Positions 1-8,393 of a stretch of DNA of 49,950 nt are shown piece after piece; the stretch's first letter is position 1; each line of letters begins with the position of its first letter. Under the pieces are notes generated by a model, which saw nothing but the letters and a program-made list of their open reading frames with translations, ran no database searches and was not told the origin of the DNA. Made by a program: the position numbers and the translations under genes. The stretch covers positions 1 through 49,950 of the forward strand of contig JALSIL010000475.1 of assembly GCA_026990095.1 (NCBI GenBank), read 5' to 3'. The DNA comes from Lysobacterales bacterium (GTDB lineage Bacteria; Pseudomonadota; Gammaproteobacteria; Xanthomonadales; Marinicellaceae).

Positions 1-1083
1 AACCGTAGAATCTTGTCTGGCAAATTCAGCAACCAAGAAAGTAGTAATAAAGGCAGTATCTGCCATCGGCTCATCCATATGCCAAAGTAATTTTGGTAAC
101 AATTTCACCACATCAGGCTTGACAATGATTTCCTTATGATCCGTTTTGAATAATTCGGAAACCTGTTTTGCATAAGGAAGTTCATTATAATAGGAACCAC
201 CACTGTCACCACCAAAGCCAATGGCATACGTCTTAACCGGCTGGGAACTATGTTTAGCCATAAACGCAACGACTGCGCTTGAATCAATGCCACCGCTTAA
301 AAAAGCACCGATCGGAACGTCACTCACCATTTGTTGAGTTACAGCTTTTTCAATAGTCTCTTTTACTTTTTGTTTCCACTCTTCTTCTGTCCGATCAAAA
401 TCCAACTCAGAAGGCATTTCCCAATAAGGTTTTATTTCTACCTTTTGGTTTTCCACAACCATTAAGGAAGCAACGGGGAGTTTTTTGATGCCCTTGAATA
501 ACGAATAGGGGGCAGAAACATAACCCAACGATAAATACGAATCCAGTGCAACAGAATCAATCCCTCGTTCTACGCCTGGCACTGCTAAAATCGCCTTCGC
601 CTCAGTAGCAAAAATCAAGCGTTCACTATCCTGATAATAATAAATCGGCTTTATTCCAATCCGATCACGACCAATAATCAAACGTTTTCGTTGAACATCC
701 CAAAGCGCAAAACCAAACATGCCATTGAGATGCAGAACAAAATCATCGCCATATTCTTCATATAAATGAAGAATTACTTCACTATCTGACCCTGTTTTAA
801 AACGGTGTCCCCGGGCAATTAAATCTTCTCTTAATTCCCTGAAATTATAAATTTCCCCATTACAAACCAACCACAGCGTCTGATCTTCATTTGATAAGGG
901 TTGATGCCCGCCTTCCAAATCAATAATGGAAAGACGACGCATCCCGATTCCCAGGCCATTTTCAACATAGCTACCTGAGTCATCAGGACCACGGTGAATG
1001 GTAACATCCCCCATTAATTGCATTATTTCTTTTGTTGGAATGAAATTGCTATTTAGCGAAACTATTCCGTGAATGCCACACAC
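1..1083 (-). CDS. Asparagine synthase (glutamine-hydrolysing) family amidotransferase, paralogue 1; C-terminus runs off the left window edge (361 codons visible)
   Basis: My translation of the minus strand is open from the GTG at 1083-1081 to position 1. It reads V/M-CGIHGIVS...HRGPDD...RRLSIIDL...GEIYNF...FLSGGIDSS...WHMDEPMAD. This shows the Ntn Cys2 nucleophile and the SGGxDS PP-loop. AAGGA lies about 10 nt upstream of the GTG. It is absent from the ORF track because no stop falls in the window. Confidence 0.85.
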   Translation of the reverse strand, partial: MCGIHGIVSLNSNFIPTKEIMQLMGDVTIHRGPDDSGSYVENGLGIGMRRLSIIDLEGGHQPLSNEDQTLWLVCNGEIYNFRELREDLIARGHRFKTGSDSEVILHLYEEYGDDFVLHLNGMFGFALWDVQRKRLIIGRDRIGIKPIYYYQDSERLIFATEAKAILAVPGVERGIDSVALDSYLSLGYVSAPYSLFKGIKKLPVASLMVVENQKVEIKPYWEMPSELDFDRTEEEWKQKVKETIEKAVTQQMVSDVPIGAFLSGGIDSSAVVAFMAKHSSQPVKTYAIGFGGDSGGSYYNELPYAKQVSELFKTDHKEIIVKPDVVKLLPKLLWHMDEPMADTAFITTFLVAEFARQDSTV

Positions 1084-1160
1084 GTATTGTTAATCCTTAA
1101 AAAATTTTAATTGAGCCAATTTATCGACACTTAGAGAACTAGTAATTTTAATCTACACTC

Positions 1161-2423
1161 TCAATGATCTCTACACACATCATTCATCATTTTAGCTAAT
1201 ATTTCGGTTCGTGCTTCGCGTGAGTGGGAAAAAATGTATTTATCTGATATTACAGGAGAAGTGCCTTGCTCAATCTGAAGTAAAAACTTGATCATTGTTT
1301 GAATTATTTCTTCTTTATTATCAAGTGCAGCAATGGAAGGCTCAACGCCAGAATTTAGCAAAACTGCAGCAGTATCGCCTTTAATATCAGTCAAAGCCAA
1401 AATAGGTTTTTTGGCACGTAAATATTCGTAAATCTTTGCAGGAATCTGATGATTACAATTTGCCGCCTGAAAAATAACAAGCCCATCAACCGACAACATT
1501 TCTGTTAAAGCCTCTTTATAACCAATTCCAGGCTCAATAAAAATAATATCTTGTAGGCCTTTTTCTCGAATCAACTTTTGATAATATTCATCATGCCCAG
1601 TCGCTCTCAATATCATTTTGAAATTGTCAGGACTAACCGCTCCAGTTTTTAGAAGCTCTTCCATAGCCAAAAAAAATTGCGAGGGATCTCGTTCAGATGG
1701 GTACAAAACACCACTATGAAGTAGAGTGATTTTTTGTTTATTCAGGTTTCTTTCGGGAATTTTCTTTTGAAGTTGTTTTTCTGCTTCGATAAAATTCTCT
1801 TCATCAAACCCATTAGGTATTAGAACCCAGTGATTGTTTTCTACTTCAGGATACCGTTCCTCATACATTTTTATTGCGCTAGGAGTTGTGAAAACAGCTC
1901 GCGAACAATATTTGATAGTTTGCTTTTCAATCCAGCGATATACCTTTCTTTGGGTAGGATTGACTGGATAATCATCTTCTGTCATAGAATCCCTGAAATC
2001 GGCTATCCAAGGTTTCCCTGTTATTCGATGAAGAATCAAACCAATTAAATGTGCTGTAGCAATGGGATAAGTGGACCAAATAATTTTAGGGCGAAATTTT
2101 ATTATCATACCCAAACCGGAAACAACGCCTGCAAAGCTCCAACTAACCCAACGGTCTGGCAAAGCCATCCAATATAAATAGCGGCCTTTTATAGACAACT
2201 GTCTTGAAGTATCTAGTGCGAAAGCTCTTTTTACAAAAACTGCTTCTGGAATTTCTTTAATTTGCCCATCATTTGATTCAATATAAGCAATCGGACTAAC
2301 CGTTAAAACCTGCGCCCGCCAATGGTGATTAAGTAAATATTGGGTAAACTTCAAAGTTCTCTGGATACCGCTACTTACTCTAACCGGCGGAAAATGATAG
2401 GCAATCATAAGAACATTTTTCAT
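1161..2423 (-). CDS. Glycosyltransferase (GT-B fold, GT4-like)
   Basis: Track ORF 1161..2549. I prefer the start at ATG 2423 (MKNVLMIAYHFPP...) because it forms an ATGA overlap with the stop of the upstream hydrolase gene at 2420. The N-terminal 'IAYHFPP' glycosyltransferase-like beginning and a Rossmann-like C-terminal half support the call. Confidence 0.6.
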   Translation of the reverse strand: MKNVLMIAYHFPPVRVSSGIQRTLKFTQYLLNHHWRAQVLTVSPIAYIESNDGQIKEIPEAVFVKRAFALDTSRQLSIKGRYLYWMALPDRWVSWSFAGVVSGLGMIIKFRPKIIWSTYPIATAHLIGLILHRITGKPWIADFRDSMTEDDYPVNPTQRKVYRWIEKQTIKYCSRAVFTTPSAIKMYEERYPEVENNHWVLIPNGFDEENFIEAEKQLQKKIPERNLNKQKITLLHSGVLYPSERDPSQFFLAMEELLKTGAVSPDNFKMILRATGHDEYYQKLIREKGLQDIIFIEPGIGYKEALTEMLSVDGLVIFQAANCNHQIPAKIYEYLRAKKPILALTDIKGDTAAVLLNSGVEPSIAALDNKEEIIQTMIKFLLQIEQGTSPVISDKYIFSHSREARTEILAKMMNDVCRDH

Positions 2424-3298
2424 AAGTTTTTTACCCACTCCAAGCTCCAATTGGCTACTTGCTCTCGCCATTGGGCAGAGGAAAAAGTATGGTCGGCTTC
2501 GACTAGTGATTTTTGGGAAACTTTTTTTTCTTCCAGCAACATTTGCCACTTTTTATCTGATTTAACAGTTTCTCTAAATTCATCAGCCGTCAAATCATTG
2601 CCACTCAAAATCAACAAAATTGGCTGATCAAATTTTGTTAGACATGCCTTCATTCTTTCAGGTAATAAAAGTGTTTTTTCAACAAAATGATTTGCGTTGC
2701 TATATTGGGTGCTTTTTTTTGTGCTTTTTTGAACAACTATTTTTTTTATTAAATCGCCAAGTCCTTTAAATGATTCAACATAATCAAATTTTAGATGAAT
2801 AATTTTCGCCCAGAAATCAGGGTTACATAACCTTTTGATATAGTAATATTTTAAATAGGTCTTTGCTGCACCCTGTTCAGTAAAAACCCAGGGATTTAAT
2901 AAAATTAACCCCTTAACACGATCATCCTGATAACCGTAGAATAATGCTGCCGATGCCGCATCACAAAGTCCCCAAATTACAACCCCCGATAATTGAGGAC
3001 ATTCTTTGTACATAACATCTATTGCTAATGCAATATCGCTGTCAACGTCAAGAAAGGATCTTGGTTCCCCTTCAGAATCTCCCATGCCCCGGTAATCAAA
3101 ACGCATTACGGGCATTCCCGCATCAGCAAGCGTTCTAGCCAATAAAACGAATTGGCGATGACTTCCAACACGATATTGGGGACCACCAACTACAATCAAA
3201 ACACCAATATTGTTAGAAATCGAAACAGGATTATGAATGATGCCGGTTAACTTATTTTTTTCACATTCGAAAACTACAACCTTTTCAGACTGAGCCAC
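2420..3298 (-). CDS. Alpha/beta hydrolase ('hydrolase 1, exosortase A system-associated' type)
   Basis: The pattern GVLIVVGGPQYRVGSHRQF...MRFDYRGMGDSEG...WGLCDAAS matches the hydrolase-1 family that accompanies XrtA loci, as I recall it. The start is GTG, 1 nt after the stop of the upstream gene. Confidence 0.7.
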   Translation of the reverse strand: MAQSEKVVVFECEKNKLTGIIHNPVSISNNIGVLIVVGGPQYRVGSHRQFVLLARTLADAGMPVMRFDYRGMGDSEGEPRSFLDVDSDIALAIDVMYKECPQLSGVVIWGLCDAASAALFYGYQDDRVKGLILLNPWVFTEQGAAKTYLKYYYIKRLCNPDFWAKIIHLKFDYVESFKGLGDLIKKIVVQKSTKKSTQYSNANHFVEKTLLLPERMKACLTKFDQPILLILSGNDLTADEFRETVKSDKKWQMLLEEKKVSQKSLVEADHTFSSAQWREQVANWSLEWVKNL

Positions 3299-3299
3299 T

Positions 3300-4145
3300 T
3301 TAACCTTCCAATGTCAGGCAATTATTAGTCTCATTAAGCAACCCTGGCACTTCAGTAATTTCCTGAGTTGACCAAAAAGGACTTCCTAAAACTTTAGCTT
3401 CGCTGAGTTTTTTTACTTGTGACTTCAAAAAATCATAATTTTCAATAGCTAAAGCTGTGGCTTTTTTATCAAGATTATTTACAACCTCTAAAATTGAAAT
3501 AAATTCAACATCTTGTATATTCAACGACTTGAGATTTAGCTTGAGCATTGGACATGCCAATTCAGGATTTAGCATATATCCAGCTATTTCAATAGACCGT
3601 CCATCCAAAAGTTGGTTTTTCAAATCAGACACTTTTTCTTGAGGTGAATTTTTGTTCATCATCGCTGCGGCTGTACGCAATCTTAAAAATTGCAATACAA
3701 ATGTTTCTCCAGAAAACACCGGCTGCCAACAAATCAATTGTTTGACATTGAGAGTATTCTCGCTAATAAAATCCATGGCAAGTAATGATCCAGTCCTTAA
3801 TCCCCAAAAAATCAGGGATTGATATTCTCGATCAAGCAACCACTCACAAAGACTATTTAAATCACTCTGCCATTGCGACCACGTAGCTTCGGAAAACTCA
3901 CCTGAACTATCTCCAGTCCCAAATAAGTCAATAATAAAAACTGCGTAGCCATTTTTCACAAATTCTCTTGCTTGCAATGCCACCATTCTTCTGGATTTGT
4001 TCATTTCCTCTGCAAATGCAGGTATATGAACAATAGCCTTTTTTGAAAGATCATGGGGATTTAGAGGGTAATAGGCTGAGACATATAAACTACCCTGTGT
4101 GCCAGCAAGAAAAAAAGGGCTATATTGAAAATCTATTCCGGCCAT
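3300..4145 (-). CDS. Alpha/beta hydrolase ('hydrolase 2, exosortase A system-associated' type)
   Basis: 281 aa. It carries FIIDLFGTGDSSGEF and a GLRTGS nucleophile-elbow-like motif. It is paired with hydrolase 1 and an ACP, as in XrtA loci. Confidence 0.65.
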   Translation of the reverse strand: MAGIDFQYSPFFLAGTQGSLYVSAYYPLNPHDLSKKAIVHIPAFAEEMNKSRRMVALQAREFVKNGYAVFIIDLFGTGDSSGEFSEATWSQWQSDLNSLCEWLLDREYQSLIFWGLRTGSLLAMDFISENTLNVKQLICWQPVFSGETFVLQFLRLRTAAAMMNKNSPQEKVSDLKNQLLDGRSIEIAGYMLNPELACPMLKLNLKSLNIQDVEFISILEVVNNLDKKATALAIENYDFLKSQVKKLSEAKVLGSPFWSTQEITEVPGLLNETNNCLTLEG

Positions 4146-4195
4146 TCCCCTAAAAAATTAATAAATGATGATAGAAACGATTAATAAAATTCGCA

Positions 4196-4453
4196 CTAAC
4201 TCATGCTCAATTTATTATCGACAAATGAAATCAATGTTCCCACAGTCTCAAATATTTCTGCATCAATTTCATCATCATCGACAAAAAAACCATATTCTTC
4301 CTCTAACGCAGTAAGTACAGTTACTACAGCCATTGAATCAAATTCAGGAATTGAACCTAATAGAGGAGTATCAAAAGCTAAAGATTTGGCCACATTGCCG
4401 CCTAGCTGCAGAACATCAACCAAAATTGAAATTACATTTTCTTGCGTGGACAT
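4196..4453 (-). CDS. Acyl carrier protein-like
   Basis: 85 aa and acidic. The 'EFDSMAVVTVLTALEEEYG' segment fits the 4'-phosphopantetheine attachment motif (DSx) and helix II. Confidence 0.7.
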   Translation of the reverse strand: MSTQENVISILVDVLQLGGNVAKSLAFDTPLLGSIPEFDSMAVVTVLTALEEEYGFFVDDDEIDAEIFETVGTLISFVDNKLSMS

Positions 4454-4475
4454 AAATACCTTAAATTTAAAAAAC

Positions 4476-5150
4476 TTACTCTGGTGGCTTTAACCTGAAT
4501 ACAGGAAATGAAGCCTTACGAAACGAAACATGAAAAAAAGGGGATACATTAGCAATCGTAACCTGAATACCCCCTAAACAAATAAATACAGCCCAACCAA
4601 TTATAACCGCACCCATCCGCTTATGCGAGAAAAGAGAATTAGGATTGAATGCAGATATTCGACTCAAAGACCAATGACAGTCTTCCTTTAATAACCTATC
4701 AGAAGTATAGTCCCATAATTTCAAAAAAACTGGTGACAACCTGAATTTTGGTTCAACATAAACATCAAAGTCCCACACTGAATCATTTGCTGGTAATTCA
4801 AACAAACAATTCACTTCGTCTTCTTTGTATTTGTCCTTTATATACCAAAGGCAACCAGCAAATTCTCCGTTTTTATAAGCAATCAGACTTGTTGCTCCTT
4901 GTTTATATCTATCATTAATTACTTCAGGAGGTCTAGGGCAGGGATGATTTCCAGAATTGACAAAATCAACAATTTCTATATTTTTCCCTCTTTTAGCAGA
5001 CAATAAAGGCTGTTTCGATAACTTTTGTGCAACATAAAAATATTTAATTAATTTCGAAGATGGAAAAAACGATAAAATACGATTAATTGAATATAAATAT
5101 ACATTTACAAGCCCAATTTGTTGGGATAAAGCTATTATTTTTTTTATCAT
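4476..5150 (-). CDS. Hypothetical protein, possibly GNAT-like acyltransferase
   Basis: Track ORF 4476..5171 starts at TTG. I prefer ATG 5150 (MIKKIIAL...). The similarity to the GNAT core is weak (DVYVEPKFRLSPVFLKLW ... NPNSLFSHKRMGA), so the function is uncertain. Confidence 0.35.
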   Translation of the reverse strand: MIKKIIALSQQIGLVNVYLYSINRILSFFPSSKLIKYFYVAQKLSKQPLLSAKRGKNIEIVDFVNSGNHPCPRPPEVINDRYKQGATSLIAYKNGEFAGCLWYIKDKYKEDEVNCLFELPANDSVWDFDVYVEPKFRLSPVFLKLWDYTSDRLLKEDCHWSLSRISAFNPNSLFSHKRMGAVIIGWAVFICLGGIQVTIANVSPFFHVSFRKASFPVFRLKPPE

Positions 5151-5524
5151 ACATTCTACCCGAAAAAACAATAAGTCATATCACTCCCACAAGAGGAAGG
5201 CTTGGCGGTTGTGAGTAGCTCCACGGGCTATCAGTTTTAAATGTTTATGCCTCACCATTTTCATTAGCTCTTTTTCCTTCCAACTGATCTTGATTTTTAA
5301 TTTAGCACCTGATTTGCTCTTCTTCAAAACCTGAAATGGACCCTATTAATTGGGCGGTCCAATCAATAGAGTCCATTTCTTATGACTTTTGAAGTCACGG
5401 ACCGAGCCTTAGTAATCAGGAATAATATCTCCCATTTTCCGTAAAGTATTGTTCATTGAAATTTCTATCGTTATAGATGAATTTTAACAAAAAACCTTCG
5501 CAATGAAGAAAGACCCGCCATTTC

Positions 5525-6919
5525 TCAACTTAATTTCGATTTCCGTGTAAACAACAGAAAAAAACCGGAAATAAACAAATAAACTGCCCCAGGAAGTGGA
5601 ACACTTGAAGGCTGCCAATCATTAGGCTTAAATGCCCAAACATCACCATTAACTGGATCAACAACGCCTAAAAAAACATCTAATTCTTTACTATATTTCC
5701 ATTTTCCTAGCACCCCAGTAAAAGCACCAATTTCTGCAAGGCTAGGGAAACCATCTTCATTGCCAAAACTATCAGTTAATAAATTCATTTGCCAACCAGT
5801 CACATCGGCAGGGTCGTCGCCAGGAGTTAGACTCCATATATCTGCCCCACCACCCCAAAGAACAAAACGATCTCTGACTGGGTCAAAATCCATACCGTAA
5901 TCGCCTAACTTAGTAAAATCAAAGCTATCGCTACCTTGAATATCATTTGGTTTAATATTGATATTATTTACAATCTGCCCTGTGGAGTTATCAAGTAACC
6001 AAACGTTGAAATCTTGGGTCCCACCTGAAGTTCTAACGAACATATTTTCAAATGGTGAGTAGGCGCCAGCCCCCTTACCTGAGAAGGTTTGCAAAGCACG
6101 GCCTACTATTTCATAAGAATCTGAAGAGGAGTCAGTAAGATCGTTAACCGTATATTTAAGTAGAGTATTCCCTCCCTGAATATAAAGTACATCTTTACCA
6201 TTTTCGTTTGCGTAAGCAGATGCAGTATTAGTAGTTTGGATAGGTTCTCTATTATCACGGTTTTGCCACATATTACCACCGACTACAGTTTGATCAACTT
6301 GCGAACCTGTAGTCCCACCAACTTTATTTGCATCCGCTTTAGAAGGATCCCAAAAATAAGGCCCTGTCGCAGCACCATCTGGACGCTGAAATCCCCCTCC
6401 AGTCTGATAAGCAGCACCGCCAAATGTTACAAATCGATCAGCAACAGGAAAAAATTCGTTACTATCATAGGTATGACTTGATATTGGAGCGCTATCAACT
6501 CCATCTATAGCAGTATAAAGCCCCCCTGAAATCCTTTTGACTGCACTGGGAAGTGATGCACGTTCCCATTTTAAAGTTGAAGCCCTCCATCGATAAATGT
6601 CATTTCCTGCATAATTTGCATGCCCCCCTCCAAAAAAAACCAGATCCCCTCTATTACTATCCCACGCCATTGAACCCCAAGCTAGGATAATACTAGCAGG
6701 ACTTCCCTCGGTAGTTGGCCGCAAAGAATTAGGTGTCCAAACCTCGCTATATTTATTAGCGTTTAACCTAACCCATTGGTTTTCAGATGCCACTAAAAGT
6801 TTTTGCCCAACTAACGAAGAATTTGAATAAACAAAGTCAGCCGATCGAACCGAACTAATATTGAATATCAAAATGAATAATGAAGAAACAATGCTTAGTG
6901 ATTTTATTATTTTTTTCAT
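5525..6919 (-). CDS. Secreted Kelch/beta-propeller-like protein with C-terminal PEP-CTERM-class sorting signal (VPLPG variant)
   Basis: The N-terminal signal peptide is MKKIIKSLSIVSSLFILIFNISSVRSA. GGG/W repeats recur (FFGGGHANYAGNDIYRW, TFGGAAYQTGGG, LWGGGADIW). The C-terminus SSVPLPGAVYLFISGFFLLFTRKSKLS shows a motif, a TM helix and a basic tail. Confidence 0.7.
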   Translation of the reverse strand: MKKIIKSLSIVSSLFILIFNISSVRSADFVYSNSSLVGQKLLVASENQWVRLNANKYSEVWTPNSLRPTTEGSPASIILAWGSMAWDSNRGDLVFFGGGHANYAGNDIYRWRASTLKWERASLPSAVKRISGGLYTAIDGVDSAPISSHTYDSNEFFPVADRFVTFGGAAYQTGGGFQRPDGAATGPYFWDPSKADANKVGGTTGSQVDQTVVGGNMWQNRDNREPIQTTNTASAYANENGKDVLYIQGGNTLLKYTVNDLTDSSSDSYEIVGRALQTFSGKGAGAYSPFENMFVRTSGGTQDFNVWLLDNSTGQIVNNINIKPNDIQGSDSFDFTKLGDYGMDFDPVRDRFVLWGGGADIWSLTPGDDPADVTGWQMNLLTDSFGNEDGFPSLAEIGAFTGVLGKWKYSKELDVFLGVVDPVNGDVWAFKPNDWQPSSVPLPGAVYLFISGFFLLFTRKSKLS

Positions 6920-6963
6920 TTTTAATAACCTTTTTTAGTAGCTTGATCTCAAATTTATAATAC

Positions 6964-7089
6964 GAATTAAGAGCTAAAAGCACCCTATAATTAAAAAAAT
7001 CAACAACTTACATAATTTTTGTTTTCGCGTATTCAGTTGTTGTCAAGCTAGAATATTGATTTATAATGATAAAATTTAGCTCTTAATTC
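6964..7089. promoter_or_regulatory. Perfect 15-bp inverted repeat (GAATTAAGAGCTAAA / TTTAGCTCTTAATTC) bracketing 96 bp upstream of the PEP-CTERM protein gene
   Basis: Read directly: 6964-6978 and 7075-7089 are exact reverse complements. A third, near-identical copy (TTTTGCTCTTAATTA) lies at 11034-11048 in another intergenic gap of the locus. Confidence 0.3.
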
Positions 7090-7172
7090 ATATTATACAC
7101 TACCTCTTTCTTAACCCATCTTCGTGATGAAATGGCTACACTAAACCAATAGTCAAAAATACAATTCTATAC

Positions 7173-7931
7173 TTAGCGCGGCTTTTGGAAAAGAACATGA
7201 ATCCAATTTGGATGTGGACTGGCAAAAAGCCCTTGAATACGAATTACAATAAATGCTATCTTCGTCAACACTTTTTGCATTACATTTCTTACAGGTGGAT
7301 TTTGTAATTTTTTATCACAATAGACACATGGCTCATCTTGCGCATATGTTCCATACGGATTGCCTGCTAAGTCCATGAGAAATGTAGAGAGAAAATTGGT
7401 TGCTTCTTTCGCTTCTCCAACGAATGATACTTTTTCGAGAATAAGTGACGGAAATAGCGCTATCAACTTTTCCTTATCAAAACTATTTACGTGACCCCAA
7501 GGAGGGTTCTTTTTACCACATGAGTAACATGTAGTTCTTCCGACCCTGATATCCTGCCTAAATGGCACTCCGATAAGCAACCACCTGCTAGAAACACGAG
7601 TTAACTCTGAGCATGCATTTTTAAGGAGTTCAGTCGGTATGTGCTCAAGCACTTCAGCACAAAAAACGAAATCAAATGAATTATCATTAAACTTTAGCCC
7701 TGTAATATCGCCTTGGACACACGAAATTTTATTATGATGAATTTTTGGTTTATCTAAGTCAAGGGCAGTAATTTTTTGAAAATAATTCGTTAGTAATTTA
7801 GAAAAATATCCATCCCGTGCCCCTATATCTAATGCAGTTAATTCTTCATCAGAAACATATGAAATAAGTCTTATTAGATCTTCAGTCCGCTTACGTTCTA
7901 AATCACTTTCCCGATATGCTTTTAAATTCAT
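7173..7931 (-). CDS. Class I SAM-dependent methyltransferase
   Basis: Motif I is ALDIGARDGYF and the post-II/III region is FDFVFCAEVLEHI. There are two CxxC pairs (CYSCGKK, CVYCDKK) in the C-terminal half. Confidence 0.75.
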   Translation of the reverse strand: MNLKAYRESDLERKRTEDLIRLISYVSDEELTALDIGARDGYFSKLLTNYFQKITALDLDKPKIHHNKISCVQGDITGLKFNDNSFDFVFCAEVLEHIPTELLKNACSELTRVSSRWLLIGVPFRQDIRVGRTTCYSCGKKNPPWGHVNSFDKEKLIALFPSLILEKVSFVGEAKEATNFLSTFLMDLAGNPYGTYAQDEPCVYCDKKLQNPPVRNVMQKVLTKIAFIVIRIQGLFASPHPNWIHVLFQKPR

Positions 7932-7976
7932 TGAAATTTACCTGCTCTGATATCTAATTGAATCTCTTGATTATAC

Positions 7977-8243
7977 GTATACTTCGCGCGATTACGAATG
8001 CGGACTTTATAGTGCACTGATTTATGCCGAGAGCAAGGCACTAAAATAGGCGCATAGCAAGCTACGCAACTGTTTTATACTGTTTACGGCAAAAACACCT
8101 CAATACAATCATAACAATTGATTTATATTCAGTGTGTTACAGAATGCAAAAAGTGTATTTTTCGGCGTAAACAATATAGTAACGCAGCTATCAGCAAAAA
8201 CTCAATCGTTAAAAATCCGTAGTCGTGACCGCACGAAGTATAC
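7977..8243. repeat. Nested imperfect palindrome / MITE- or ERIC-like element, copy 1
   Basis: The outer 28-nt arms 7977-8004 and 8216-8243 pair at 23/28 positions. The inner core 8076-8178 is itself an imperfect palindrome (TATACTGTTTACGG...CCGTAAACAATATA) and recurs at 45673-45778. Confidence 0.6.
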
Positions 8244-8393
8244 TTAACCATATAAACTCAAAATTAAAGTTGGTGTAAAAACGCACTTAATTATGCAATT
8301 AATTGTCAGAAAGCGCTCCTTCTGGATAAAAATAACTATCAAAATACATTTTTTTGACAAAGATCCGTTCACAAATCCTTATAAAAAGGTAAT

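Noticed and set aside
1161-2549. A 42-codon N-terminal extension of the first glycosyltransferase (track ORF start at 2549).
   Set aside because: The extension overlaps the hydrolase-1 gene by 130 bp. The internal ATG 2423 gives the typical GT N-terminus and an ATGA stop/start overlap.
5181-5264. A 27-aa basic minus-strand ORF (MKMVRHKHLKLIARGATHNRQAFLLWE) with an upstream GGAAGGAAAAAGAG, considered as a possible leader peptide.
   Set aside because: It is too short to evaluate, and I have no conservation or structural evidence for it.
6920-7172. A sigma-54 promoter (GG-N10-GC) upstream of the PEP-CTERM protein gene, which would be expected if the gene is PrsR-regulated.
   Set aside because: The best candidate on the coding strand (aGGGTGCTTTTAGCt) has 8-9 nt between GG and GC instead of 10, and lacks the TGGCAC/TTGCW context.
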